64,000 nt of DNA from the NCBI GenBank assembly GCA_016782605.1, contig JADHYE010000001.1, positions 11,128-75,127 of the forward strand. The letters are read 5' to 3'. Shown in pieces: positions 16,657-27,091 of the stretch. The notes under the pieces were generated by a model. That model did no database searches. It saw only the letters and a program-made list of their open reading frames with translations, and was not told the DNA's origin. The first letter of the stretch is position 1. Every line of letters starts with the position of its first letter. This stretch comes from Minisyncoccota bacterium. Its GTDB lineage: Bacteria > Patescibacteriota > Minisyncoccia > Minisyncoccales > RBG-13-42-11. Both the position numbers and the translations under genes were made by a program.

Positions 16657-19600
16657 ATGAAATTTACCCAGCACCACTTTCCAAAGGAAAAATCTATTCC
16701 CCAAGAAAAAGCCACAAAAAGTGGTGCGGTGTTTACTCATTTACACGTCCACTCCCACTACAGCCTATTGGATGGCTTACCGAAAATCGACCAACTTTTG
16801 GATTACGTAAAAGAACTGGGCATGGACTCTGTCGCTATCACTGACCACGGCAACATCTACGCTGCCGTGGAGTTTTATAAGAAGGCAAAAGAAAAAGGCA
16901 TAAAGCCGATTATCGGATGCGAGATGTATACGGCCCTTGAAAAGATGGCTGACAAAAGGCCAAATATTGACGACAAAAGACACCACCTTGTTTTATTGGT
17001 TAAAAACGAAAAGGGCTACAAGAATTTGGTAAAACTGATAACTAAAGCCCACTTGGACGGATTCTATTATAAGCCGAGGATCGACGATGAACTGCTCAGC
17101 CAATATTCCGAAGGCCTTATCGGCCTTTCTGCTTGTTTGGCCGGAAAAATACCAAAACTGATTCTGGCAAAAAAAATGGAAGAAGCTGAAAAAGTCGCCA
17201 AAAATTATCAGAAGATTTTTGGAAAAGATAATTTTTATCTTGACATACAGCACCATCCCAATTCCGCTGACCAAAAAACAGCAAACAAAGGATTAATCGA
17301 GCTTTCCAAAAAAACAGGCATTCCCTTGGTCGCTACCAATGACGTCCATTACTTGAGACCGGAAGACTCTGATGCCCAAGACATATTAATGTTAATCAAT
17401 ACAGGTTCTGACCCCAATGATCCTGAAAGATTAAGCTTGAAAATGGATGACTTTTCAATGAGAAGCCCGGAACAAATGGCAAAAGATTTCAAAGATCTGC
17501 CGGAAGCCATTGAAAACACGCAGAAAATCGCTGACCTTTGCAACTTCCAATTTGAACTGGATAAAGTAAAGCTTCCCCAATTTGCCGTACCAACCGGAGA
17601 AGATCCGAATACGTATATAGAAAAACTCTGCCAAAAAGGGCTGACTTCAAAATTCGGGGAAAAACCGGAAAAAGAAGTTATTGAAAGGATGAATTACGAA
17701 CTTTCCGTAATCAAACAAACAGGCTTTACTTCATATTTTTTAATTGTCCAGGATTTTGTCAACTGGGCCAAAGAAAACAGAATTGTTGTCGGGCCTGGCC
17801 GGGGCAGCGTCGGCGGATCTTTGGTCGCCTATCTTCTAAATATTACCAATATTGACCCTTTAAAGTACGATCTTTTATTTGAAAGATTTTTGAATCCGGA
17901 AAGAATTTCCATGCCTGATATTGATTTAGATTTTACAGACAGAAGAAGGGACGAAGTGATCCAGTATGTCAGCCAAAAATACGGCCGGGACAAAGTGGCC
18001 CAGATCATAACATTCGGGACCATGGCAGCCAGAGCAGTAGTCAGGGATGTTGGCAGAGCCATGGGACAACCTTACAGCTTTTGCGATCAGATTGCTAAAA
18101 TGATTCCTTTCGGCATGACGCTTGATGAAACGATGAAAAAAGTAAGCGAATTCAGTTCTTTATATGAATCAGACCAAGAAGCTAGAAAACTGATTGACGC
18201 TGCCAAAAAGTTGGAAGGAGTGGCCCGCCACGCCTCAACCCATGCCTGCGGAGTGGTAATCTCAAATACTCCTTTGGACGAAATCGTGCCTCTGCAGCAC
18301 CCTACCCAGAATGACCAAAACATTGTCACCCAGTATGAAATGCATTCTATTGAAGACTTGGGAATCTTGAAAATGGACTTTTTGGGATTGAAAAACCTGA
18401 CCATTATTGAAGACACCCTTTCCAGAATCTACGTCATTCATGGAACAAACCTTAATATTGAAAAGATTCCGACAGACGACAAAAAAACATACAAGCTTTT
18501 TCAAACCGGAGGAACAGTCGGCGTATTCCAGCTTGAGTCGGACGGCATGAGAAGATATCTAAAACAATTAAAGCCGACTGAGTTCGAAGACATTATTGCC
18601 ATGGTAGCGCTTTACCGCCCTGGCCCGATGCAGTTAATTCCCGACTATATCAGCAGAAAAAACAAAAAACAGAAAATAGAATACTTCCATCCTAAGTTGA
18701 AACCGATCCTGGAGAAAACCTACGGCATTGCCGTTTATCAAGAACAGATTATGCGAATCGCCAAAGATATGGCAGGATTCACATTAGCTGAAGCTGACGT
18801 TCTCAGAAAGGCAATCGGCAAAAAGATAAAAGAGCTTTTAATGTCTCAAAAGGAAAAATTCATAGCAGGAATGAAAAAAAACGAGATAAGCGAAAACATT
18901 GCCCAGCAAATCTGGTATTGGATTGAACCTTTCGCCAGCTACAGTTTTAACAGAAGCCATGCTGCTGCCTATGCCACTATCGCCTATCAGACAGCTTATT
19001 TGAAAACCCACTTCCCTGCAGAATTCATGTCGTCTCTTCTGACTTCAGAGAGAAACGATATTGAAAGAATCGCTGTCTTGATCGAAGAATGCAAGAAAAT
19101 GGGCCTGACCGTTCTGCCGCCGGATATAAATGAAAGTTTCACCTTTTTCAGCGTGGTGCCGAAAAAGAACCAGATAAGATTCGGGCTTTCAGCGATTAAA
19201 AATGTCGGTTCTAATATCGTGGAAGTGGTGGTCAATGAAAGAAAAGCAAACGGCCCTTTCATTTCAATCGATGATTTCCTTACCAGAACCAGCTCAAGAG
19301 ATCTCAATAAGAAGTCTTTGGAGAGTTTAATAAAAACCGGAGTTTTTGATAAAATGGCAGAAAGAAACCAGATGCTCTCTAACATTGAAAAGATTCTGGA
19401 ATACGCCAGAGAAAGCCAAAAAACCAAGACTAACGGCCAGACAGGCCTGTTTGACGGAATGAGTTTTAACAACCATATTCATTTGCCAGACACTACCCCA
19501 GCTTCGGAAAAAGAAAGATTGACCTGGGAAAAGGAACTGCTGGGACTCTTTATCAGCTCCCATCCTTTAAACGGATTCGAAAAGCTCCTGGAAAAGAAAG

Positions 19601-19905
19601 TGGTTTCCATAGCCAAGCTTTCAGGCAATGGCTTAAGAAGAAACGCCAGAGTCAAAATTGGAGGCATTATTTCGAATATTAAAAAAATAATAACCAGGAC
19701 GGGCAAACCAATGCTTTTTGTAAACGTGGAAGATTTAAGCAGCAAAATGGAAGTGATCGTCTTTCCGAACATAATCGCTAGAAACCCGTCAATTTTCCAG
19801 GAAAATAAGATTGTCATGGTTTCAGGCAGACTTGATTCAAAAGATGGCATCCAAAAAATAATCTGCGAAGAAATCGAAGAGATATTAGATATAAAAGAAA
19901 ATTAA
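16657..19905 (+). CDS. dnaE: DNA polymerase III alpha subunit
   Basis: 1082 aa. PHP domain HLHVHSHYSLLDG, polymerase core, OB-fold C-terminus. Confidence 0.95.
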   Translation: MKFTQHHFPKEKSIPQEKATKSGAVFTHLHVHSHYSLLDGLPKIDQLLDYVKELGMDSVAITDHGNIYAAVEFYKKAKEKGIKPIIGCEMYTALEKMADKRPNIDDKRHHLVLLVKNEKGYKNLVKLITKAHLDGFYYKPRIDDELLSQYSEGLIGLSACLAGKIPKLILAKKMEEAEKVAKNYQKIFGKDNFYLDIQHHPNSADQKTANKGLIELSKKTGIPLVATNDVHYLRPEDSDAQDILMLINTGSDPNDPERLSLKMDDFSMRSPEQMAKDFKDLPEAIENTQKIADLCNFQFELDKVKLPQFAVPTGEDPNTYIEKLCQKGLTSKFGEKPEKEVIERMNYELSVIKQTGFTSYFLIVQDFVNWAKENRIVVGPGRGSVGGSLVAYLLNITNIDPLKYDLLFERFLNPERISMPDIDLDFTDRRRDEVIQYVSQKYGRDKVAQIITFGTMAARAVVRDVGRAMGQPYSFCDQIAKMIPFGMTLDETMKKVSEFSSLYESDQEARKLIDAAKKLEGVARHASTHACGVVISNTPLDEIVPLQHPTQNDQNIVTQYEMHSIEDLGILKMDFLGLKNLTIIEDTLSRIYVIHGTNLNIEKIPTDDKKTYKLFQTGGTVGVFQLESDGMRRYLKQLKPTEFEDIIAMVALYRPGPMQLIPDYISRKNKKQKIEYFHPKLKPILEKTYGIAVYQEQIMRIAKDMAGFTLAEADVLRKAIGKKIKELLMSQKEKFIAGMKKNEISENIAQQIWYWIEPFASYSFNRSHAAAYATIAYQTAYLKTHFPAEFMSSLLTSERNDIERIAVLIEECKKMGLTVLPPDINESFTFFSVVPKKNQIRFGLSAIKNVGSNIVEVVVNERKANGPFISIDDFLTRTSSRDLNKKSLESLIKTGVFDKMAERNQMLSNIEKILEYARESQKTKTNGQTGLFDGMSFNNHIHLPDTTPASEKERLTWEKELLGLFISSHPLNGFEKLLEKKVVSIAKLSGNGLRRNARVKIGGIISNIKKIITRTGKPMLFVNVEDLSSKMEVIVFPNIIARNPSIFQENKIVMVSGRLDSKDGIQKIICEEIEEILDIKEN

Positions 19906-19976
19906 TATATCTCTTCTCCGCCTTCATTCCGTTACCGCGGAACTTGGCAATAGAAGAAATCGTTGAATCATAATAT

Positions 19977-21668
19977 ATGAAAATTGAAACAATACGCCAT
20001 TCTTTAGCCCACATATTAGCTTTTGCTGTCTGGGAACTGAATCCCAAGGTTAAGTTCGGCATGGGACCGGCAATTGAAAACGGCTTTTATTATGATTTTG
20101 ATTCTTCTTTCGTGCCGAAAGACTTGCCAAAAATAGAAAAAAGAATGAAAGAGCTGATAAAACAGAATATTTTATTTAAAAAGAAAATAATTACAAAAAC
20201 AGAGGCCAAAAAGATTTTTAAAGGACAGCCATACAAGCTGGAACTGATTAATGAATTGCCTGATAGCAAAGCCACTATTTATCAAAGCGGGAAATTCATT
20301 GATTTGTGCAAAGGACCCCACATTAAATCAACCAATGAAATAGACCCTGAATCTTTTAAATTGACAAAAATAGCTGGCGCATATTGGAAAGGTTCTGAAA
20401 AAAACCAGATGCTGACCAGAATCTACGGCTTGGCATTTACAAATAAAAAAGAATTGGCCCTTCGTCTTCAAAAAGAAGCTGAAGCTGAAAAAAGGGACCA
20501 CCGTCTTTTGGGACAAAAATTAGGATTGTTTCTTTTTGACGAGGAAGTCGGAGCCGGCCTGCCCATCTGGAAACCGAAAGGAACCATATTAAGGCAAATT
20601 ATCGAAGACTACCTGCACAAAGAATTAAGCTCGCAAGGCTACCAGTGGATAACCAGCCCCCATATCGGAAAATTAGAGCTTTGGAAAACTTCGGGCCATT
20701 GGAACCATTACCGCGAAAACATGTATTCCCCCATTAAAATCGAGGAAGAAGAATATATGTTAAAGCCGATGAACTGCCCTTTTGCTGTAAAGATTTACAA
20801 GTCAGAGATAAGAAGCTATAAAGACTTGCCGATAAAATATGCGGAATTGGGAACGGTTTACCGCTACGAAAGGTCAGGGGTGCTGCACGGCTTAACCCGA
20901 GTCAGGGGCTTTACCCAGGACGATGCCCACATTATCTGCACGCCGGACCAATTATCAAAAGAGATAGAAAACCTTTTGAAATTTAGCTTTAAAATATTAA
21001 AGACTTTCGGATTTAAAGACTATGACATTTATCTTTCCACAAGGCCGGAAAAATATGCGGGAAACTTAAAAGACTGGGAAAAAGCAACCAATGTTTTAAA
21101 ATATGCTCTTCAGAAATTAAAGCTGAAATGGCAGTTAGACCAAGGAGGAGGAGTGTTTTACGGACCGAAAATAGATATAAAAATTAAAGATTCTCTGGGC
21201 AGGCCTTGGCAATGCACGACAGTCCAGATTGACTTCAATTTGACCGAACGTTTCGATATAGCGTATATCAACGAAAAAGGAAAAAAGCAAAAACCTTTCA
21301 TGATTCATCGGGCTATCCTAGGTTCGCTTGAAAGGTTTATCGGAGTTTTGCTTGAACATTATGCCGGCTCTATGCCTTTATGGCTATCCCCCGAACAAAT
21401 CTGGGTTATTCCTTTGGGAGCAAAACATGAAAAATACGCAAAAATAATTACCGAAACCCTGCGAGCTGCCGGTTTTAGAACGCAACTCAAAAACGAAAAC
21501 GAAACCGTTTCAAAGAAAATCCGTACAGGAGAAATGCAAAAAATCCCCTATCTTTTGGTAGTCGGCGATAAAGAAATGAAAGCTAAATCAGTCAGAGTAA
21601 GGGAAAGACAAAAAGGAGATATCGGCGAAATAAAAGTCAATAAATTTATTGAAAAAATTAAAAAATAA
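19977..21668 (+). CDS. thrS: threonine--tRNA ligase (no N-terminal TGS domain)
   Basis: 563 aa. Begins at the editing-domain HxxxH region (IRHSLAHILA), followed by the class II core and an anticodon-binding domain. Confidence 0.9.
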   Translation: MKIETIRHSLAHILAFAVWELNPKVKFGMGPAIENGFYYDFDSSFVPKDLPKIEKRMKELIKQNILFKKKIITKTEAKKIFKGQPYKLELINELPDSKATIYQSGKFIDLCKGPHIKSTNEIDPESFKLTKIAGAYWKGSEKNQMLTRIYGLAFTNKKELALRLQKEAEAEKRDHRLLGQKLGLFLFDEEVGAGLPIWKPKGTILRQIIEDYLHKELSSQGYQWITSPHIGKLELWKTSGHWNHYRENMYSPIKIEEEEYMLKPMNCPFAVKIYKSEIRSYKDLPIKYAELGTVYRYERSGVLHGLTRVRGFTQDDAHIICTPDQLSKEIENLLKFSFKILKTFGFKDYDIYLSTRPEKYAGNLKDWEKATNVLKYALQKLKLKWQLDQGGGVFYGPKIDIKIKDSLGRPWQCTTVQIDFNLTERFDIAYINEKGKKQKPFMIHRAILGSLERFIGVLLEHYAGSMPLWLSPEQIWVIPLGAKHEKYAKIITETLRAAGFRTQLKNENETVSKKIRTGEMQKIPYLLVVGDKEMKAKSVRVRERQKGDIGEIKVNKFIEKIKK

Positions 21669-21675
21669 TAACCTT

Positions 21676-23268
21676 ATGTCGGAATTATCCCAACAAACGC
21701 AAAAGCTAATTCAAAAATACCAGACCTGGCAAGATTCTTTACAGCCTAAACCGGAAATACCAACTATCCATGTTGACGAAGTTGCTTCAGCTGTTGCTGC
21801 TTTCTATGAAAAAATAAGAGGCGTCGTAGACTGGCGGGAAGAACATTTAATGAGAAGAGCAGCCATTGAAAGAATGTTAAAAAGAAGATTGCTTTTGACC
21901 AAAGACAGCCAGGAGGTTACTGAACCTTTAATACTGGAACTGATCAGAAGCGGACATTTCCCCAATGACAGAATACCGGAAACAGTGATCAGCCAAGTAA
22001 AGAAAATAATAGAAAAGTACGTCTTTATCTTGGAAAACGCTCCCCCGGCTCCAGCTGAAAAAATGAAAGCCCAGCTTTACGACTGGCTTTTATCGATTGC
22101 CGCCTGCGAAATAGAAGAAGAGCTTATTCCGCCTCACCGGGAAAGAGCGCTGATCGATTATATGACAGAAGCAATGACAGAAAAGATACAATTGAACAAC
22201 GGTATTTCTGAGGAACAAAAAAACATCTATATCCATATCGCCGTCCAAAGAGCTCTTTTCAAGCTGGATAATCCGATAATCATCTACAATCTTTTAAAAA
22301 GGCAGTATCCCCAGTGGCACGATCTGAAAAACGGAGACTCCCCGCTTCCGGAAATATCCCAAAATATTTATTCAAGCTGGAAAACTTTTGAAAAATATCT
22401 AAAACAACGCCTTTCGGAAAAATTCTATAAAGTTTGCGAAAGATACGATACTGCTTATTTGGTTCTGGGAGACGTAATTTCCGAAGAGCCGATGACCGCC
22501 CAGGAAAAGCTGTCTATACCAGAAGAGATGGAAAACAAAATATCAGCTGCTTACAAAAAAAGGTTAAAAACCCTGAAAAAGAGAATCAACCGGGCAGCTA
22601 TTTACGCCACTATTTCCATATTCGTCACCAAAATACTTTTGGCGTTGGCGATTGAGGTGCCTTTTGACAGATATGTAACCGGACAATTCAGCTACCAGGC
22701 ATTGGCTTTCAATATTCTGATCCCCGCCCTTTTAATGCTATTTCTAATCTCGACCATCAGGCCCCCTAAAAAGGAAAATCTGCAGCAGGTTGTCATGGAA
22801 ATAATGAAGATAGCCTACTCAACAGAAAGTAAAGACGTGTACACGATAAAAATCCCAAGAAAAAGAGGCTGGCTGATGAATGCCTTTATCACCAGTTTTT
22901 ATTCTTTCGGTTTTCTGACCTCTTTCGGATTAATAATCTTGGGCTTGTACAAATTGGACTTTGGCATACTTTCCATGATAATCTTCCTTGTCTTCATTTC
23001 CTTGATTTCTTTTGCCGGAACAAAACTCAGGGAAAGGTCACGCGAACTGGAAATAATGGAAAGAAAAGAATCGTTCCTAATGTTTATCATTGATCTTTTC
23101 TCTCTGCCGATCATCCGCATGGGCAAATGGCTTTCAGGCCAATGGGCAAAATACAACGTAATTGTCGTCTTTTTCAACTTTCTCATCGACATGCCACTGC
23201 AAACCTTTATTGAATTTCTGGAAAAATGGCGCGAATTCCTTAAAGAAAAGAAGGAAGAAATACACTAA
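21676..23268 (+). CDS. hypothetical multi-pass membrane protein
   Basis: Long ORF. Start moved to Met-10 (21676), just after the thrS stop. Several C-terminal TM helices. Confidence 0.5.
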   Translation: MSELSQQTQKLIQKYQTWQDSLQPKPEIPTIHVDEVASAVAAFYEKIRGVVDWREEHLMRRAAIERMLKRRLLLTKDSQEVTEPLILELIRSGHFPNDRIPETVISQVKKIIEKYVFILENAPPAPAEKMKAQLYDWLLSIAACEIEEELIPPHRERALIDYMTEAMTEKIQLNNGISEEQKNIYIHIAVQRALFKLDNPIIIYNLLKRQYPQWHDLKNGDSPLPEISQNIYSSWKTFEKYLKQRLSEKFYKVCERYDTAYLVLGDVISEEPMTAQEKLSIPEEMENKISAAYKKRLKTLKKRINRAAIYATISIFVTKILLALAIEVPFDRYVTGQFSYQALAFNILIPALLMLFLISTIRPPKKENLQQVVMEIMKIAYSTESKDVYTIKIPRKRGWLMNAFITSFYSFGFLTSFGLIILGLYKLDFGILSMIIFLVFISLISFAGTKLRERSRELEIMERKESFLMFIIDLFSLPIIRMGKWLSGQWAKYNVIVVFFNFLIDMPLQTFIEFLEKWREFLKEKKEEIH

Positions 23269-23289
23269 TTAAGAATTACAAATATGGAA

Positions 23290-23315
23290 AGCGGCCTTGA
23301 GAAGGCCGTTTTGCT
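23290..23315 (+). terminator. intrinsic terminator-like hairpin
   Basis: GCGGCCTT-gag-AAGGCCGTTTTG. Confidence 0.55.
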
Positions 23316-23332
23316 GTTATAGAATAAAAGAT

Positions 23333-24391
23333 ATGCTAAAGTACCAAATCATCACTTTCGGTTGCCAGATGAATAAAGCGGATTCAGAAAGAATTGCCAC
23401 GACATTAGAAAAGAAGGGCTATAAGCCGACAAAAGACTCAAACAAAGCCAATCTGGTTTTAATTAACATGTGCTCTGTCAGACAGTCAGCAGTCGATAGG
23501 GTCTATGGTAAAATCAACAATTTGAAAAAGATTAAAGTAAAAAATCCAAAACTTAAAACTATTCTTACTGGCTGTATTCTTAAAAAAGACAAAAGAAAGT
23601 TTGAAAAGTTTTTCGATGAAATTTGGAGCAATAAGAACCATTTCAAAGAAAAAGCCAAATGTCAAAACAAGTCCTTAGCTTTCGTGCCAATTTCCAACGG
23701 CTGCAATAATGCCTGTACTTACTGCGTTGTCCCATATACCAGAGGCGCTTTGAACTGCCGAAGCCATAAAGAAATACTGAAAGAAGCTAAAAGTTTTATT
23801 AAAAAAGGATTAAACCCCATTAGAAATGCGATTTCTAACGGGGCAAGGGAAATCTGGCTTTTGGGGCAGAACGTTAACGATTATCATTCGCCAACGAATA
23901 AAACAATAAATTTTGCCAGGCTTTTGGATCTGATAAATGACATTCCAGGAAACTTTAGGATTCTCTTCACATCTCCCCATCCCAAGAACTTTTCCGACGA
24001 ATTGATTGAGTCTTTAGATCGCTGCCAGAAATTCGGCAATTACCTTAACATACCCGTCCAATCGGGAAATGACCAGATATTAAAGAAAATGAACCGTAAT
24101 TATACGGCCAAAGAATATAGAAAGCTAATAGAAAAAATAAAGAAAAAGATACCGAAAATAAAGTTATCTACCGATATTATCGTCGGCTTTCCAGGAGAAA
24201 CCAAAAAACAGTTCCAAGATACGGTAAAACTGTTTAAAGAGATTAAATTTAACTGGGCCTATATTTCAAAATACTCTCCTCGTCCAGGCACCGCTGCCTT
24301 TAAATTAAAAGATGACATCTCCCTGTCAGAAAAAAAGAAAAGAGAAACCATTTTAAGAGAAATTTTAAAAAAAGCATGGAAAATAAACTAA
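23333..24391 (+). CDS. miaB: radical-SAM methylthiotransferase (MiaB-like)
   Basis: MTTase N-domain (IITFGCQMN) and radical SAM CNNACTYC. Start at MLKYQIITFG. Contains an 11-aa insertion encoded by a palindrome. Confidence 0.8.
   Translation: MLKYQIITFGCQMNKADSERIATTLEKKGYKPTKDSNKANLVLINMCSVRQSAVDRVYGKINNLKKIKVKNPKLKTILTGCILKKDKRKFEKFFDEIWSNKNHFKEKAKCQNKSLAFVPISNGCNNACTYCVVPYTRGALNCRSHKEILKEAKSFIKKGLNPIRNAISNGAREIWLLGQNVNDYHSPTNKTINFARLLDLINDIPGNFRILFTSPHPKNFSDELIESLDRCQKFGNYLNIPVQSGNDQILKKMNRNYTAKEYRKLIEKIKKKIPKIKLSTDIIVGFPGETKKQFQDTVKLFKEIKFNWAYISKYSPRPGTAAFKLKDDISLSEKKKRETILREILKKAWKIN
23815..23843. repeat. 29-bp palindrome with family-C-type arms, in frame inside miaB
   Basis: CCCCATTAGAAAT-GCG-ATTTCTAACGGGG encodes ..PIRNAISNG... 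The arms match C1 and C2 (CCCCrTTAGAAgT). Confidence 0.7.
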
Positions 24392-25260
24392 TCGTCATAT
24401 TGGGACCGACGGCTTCCGGCAAGTCGGATTTGGCCGTTAAAATAGCCAGAAAAATCAAAGCTGAAGTCATATCTGCTGATTCTAGGCAAGTCTACAAGGG
24501 AATGGATATTGGCAGCGGCAAGATAACCAAAAAAGAAATGAAAGGCATCCCCCACCACCTGCTAAACGTTGCTTCACCCAAAAAAAGATTCACGGTCAGC
24601 CAATATCAAATATTAGCAAAAAAAGCAATAAACAAAGTTTTAAAGAAAGGAAAAATCCCAATTTTATGCGGCGGAAGCGGCTTTTACATTCAAGCAGTAA
24701 TCGACGGTATAGCTATTCCAGAAGTAAAACCAGATTATACCTTAAGAATAAAACTTGAAAAGTTTACAACTGAAGAGTTATTCAAAGAATTAAAAAAACT
24801 GGACAAAGAAAGGGCGAAAAACATTGATAAAAACAACAGAAGAAGACTGATTAGAGCTTTGGAGATAGCGATTAAAACAAAAAAACCTATTCCTTCTTTA
24901 AAAAAGAATCCCCTAGCCTATCCTGTTTTGATTATCGGCATTCAAAAAGAAAAAGAAGAACTAAAAAAACTAATACAAAAAAGACTCTCAAAAAGATTAA
25001 AACAAGGAATGATTGAGGAGACAAAGAAACTCCATAAATCAGGAATCTCTTGGCAAAGACTGGAAGAATTTGGCCTGGAATACCGCTTTATCGCTCAATA
25101 TCTCCAGAATAAGATAAACTATGAAGAAGTGGTAGAACGCATACAGAAAGAAAGCGAACAGTTTGTTAAACGCCAAATGACCTGGTTTAAAAGAGATAAA
25201 CGTATTAACTGGATTAAAAACTATTCTGAAGTTGAAAAATTGATAAAAGAATTTATATAA
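24376..25260 (+). CDS. miaA: tRNA dimethylallyltransferase
   Basis: P-loop GPTASGKS and ..SADSRQVYKGMDIG. Confidence 0.9.
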   Translation: MENKLIVILGPTASGKSDLAVKIARKIKAEVISADSRQVYKGMDIGSGKITKKEMKGIPHHLLNVASPKKRFTVSQYQILAKKAINKVLKKGKIPILCGGSGFYIQAVIDGIAIPEVKPDYTLRIKLEKFTTEELFKELKKLDKERAKNIDKNNRRRLIRALEIAIKTKKPIPSLKKNPLAYPVLIIGIQKEKEELKKLIQKRLSKRLKQGMIEETKKLHKSGISWQRLEEFGLEYRFIAQYLQNKINYEEVVERIQKESEQFVKRQMTWFKRDKRINWIKNYSEVEKLIKEFI

Positions 25261-25346
25261 AAATATATTTATTATCCAAATTTAAAGGGCTAAGTTTTAT
25301 ACTTGATACTTAGCCCTCCGATGTTCATCTACCCAGATGTCTGGTT

Positions 25347-25532
25347 CTATAAAACCTGACAAATCTGATTAGTAGGTACAAAAAGATTAATTTCATCGGT
25401 TATCCCTGGGATTCCGGTCTTTACAATAACCGACTCAAGGCCGATGAAAACTACTTCTCCGATTTGTGGATGGGCATCGGTGAACATACGGCGGAATGTT
25501 GCCAAACCGCCCACTTTAAGATTTTGTGGCAC
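25347..25532 (-). CDS. small hypothetical protein (61 aa) with consensus expression signals
   Basis: GTG start at 25532, 8 nt after AAGGAGG (25547-25541). The ORF-track start at 25541 overlaps the SD. No family recognised. Confidence 0.45.
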   Translation of the reverse strand: MPQNLKVGGLATFRRMFTDAHPQIGEVVFIGLESVIVKTGIPGITDEINLFVPTNQICQVL

Positions 25533-25556
25533 GAATACCACCTCCTTATATATTAA

Positions 25557-25584
25557 ATTATACTACTTTTTTCTACTTTGTCAA
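25557..25584 (-). promoter_or_regulatory. consensus sigma70 promoter TTGACA-N16-TATAAT
   Basis: -35 at 25584-25579 and -10 at 25562-25557 on the minus strand, followed by the SD AAGGAGGTG. Confidence 0.65.
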
Positions 25585-25653
25585 CCCGGTAGTAGGTTTT
25601 GGACTCATTCGCCGAAGGCGAATAAAAGAAAGCGTGGCTTTGTCCAAAATTCA

Positions 25654-27087
25654 CTACCGTGTCAATATAGCTTTGAGAAGCTTATTAACTGTCTGGGGAT
25701 TGGCTTTTCCCTTTGATTTTGCCATAACTTGGCCGACTAAAAACTGAAGGACACTTTCTTTGCCCCCTTGATAATCTTGAACTACTTTTTGGTTTTCAGA
25801 AATTACTTCTTTAATAATCTTCTCAATTTCAGCTTCATCGCTAATTTGAACCAAACCTTCCTCTTGTATAATCTGCGAAGGGTCTTTCCTATTTTTTAAC
25901 ATCTCCTCCAAAACCATCTTTGCTCCCTTGCTTGAAATTTTATCTTCGGGAATGGAAATAATAAATTTAGCAAAAAGCTCCAGTGAAGGCCTATTCGGAA
26001 TATTATTTTTCTTCATTAGTCCTGGTAAGTCAGTAATCAGATAATTAGTAGCTCGCTTAATTGCTTTTACTAATTCCTTTTTTGAAACGGAAGCTTTAAT
26101 TTCTTGAATAACTCCCTCAAAATATTCCCCTAAATTCTTATTGTATACGAAAATATTAACGCTATTTTTATCCAATCCGTATTCTTTTAATAATCTTTCC
26201 TTTCTTTTCTGAGGAAGTTCGGGAATTTCATCTCTAATCTCTTCTATTTCCTTTTTAGTAAAATGCAGAGGCGGTAAGTCGGGCTCTGGAAAATATCGAT
26301 AATCATGAGCTTCTTCTTTCTGCCTTTGACTAAAGGTTACTTCTTTAATATCGTCCCATCCCCTAGTTTCTTGGATAATCTTTTCTCCTTTATTTAATAA
26401 ATCAATCTGCCTTTTAATCTCATAATCAATTGAGTGTTCTACTGACCTGAAAGAATTGAGGTTTTTAATCTCAACTTTTGTCCCCAATTCCTTTCCCTTG
26501 GTTACAGAAATATTCACTTCCACCCTCATCTGTCCCTTTTCCATATCAGCATCAGAAATATCCAAATAATGCACGATTAAATGAAGCTCTTCGGCAAATT
26601 CCTTTGCTTCTTTGGCTGAAGAAATATCAGGTTCTGTCACTAACTCCATCAAAGGAATGCCGGCTCTGTTAAAATCAACCAGAGAATAATCAGCTCCTTG
26701 AGGATGTAAAAGCTTACCCGTATCTTCTTCCAGATGAATCCTTCTGATTTTTATTTTTTTCCCCCCAATTTCTAAAAATCCTTCTTTACAGAAAGGCTGA
26801 TGCCATTGAGAGATCTGATAACCCTTTGGTAAATCAGGATAAAAATAACTTTTTCGCTCAAATTTTGAATATTCGGCAATCTGACAGTTTAAAGCTAAAC
26901 CAGTCTTTATCACCTTTTTTACAGCTTCCTCGTTAATGACCGGCAAAGTACCAGGATGACCCATACAAACAGGACAAACATTAACATTGGGCTGTTTTTC
27001 ATCTGGATCATTTAAACAACCACAAAACATCTTAGTTTTGGTTTTTAATTCAATGTGTATTTCAAGACCGATTGTCGGCTTATACAT
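25654..27087 (-). CDS. gatB: Asp/Glu-tRNA amidotransferase subunit B
   Basis: MYKPTIGLEIHIEL... N-terminus. Start moved to Met-21 of the track ORF. Confidence 0.9.
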   Translation of the reverse strand: MYKPTIGLEIHIELKTKTKMFCGCLNDPDEKQPNVNVCPVCMGHPGTLPVINEEAVKKVIKTGLALNCQIAEYSKFERKSYFYPDLPKGYQISQWHQPFCKEGFLEIGGKKIKIRRIHLEEDTGKLLHPQGADYSLVDFNRAGIPLMELVTEPDISSAKEAKEFAEELHLIVHYLDISDADMEKGQMRVEVNISVTKGKELGTKVEIKNLNSFRSVEHSIDYEIKRQIDLLNKGEKIIQETRGWDDIKEVTFSQRQKEEAHDYRYFPEPDLPPLHFTKKEIEEIRDEIPELPQKRKERLLKEYGLDKNSVNIFVYNKNLGEYFEGVIQEIKASVSKKELVKAIKRATNYLITDLPGLMKKNNIPNRPSLELFAKFIISIPEDKISSKGAKMVLEEMLKNRKDPSQIIQEEGLVQISDEAEIEKIIKEVISENQKVVQDYQGGKESVLQFLVGQVMAKSKGKANPQTVNKLLKAILTR

Positions 27088-27091
27088 AGAT

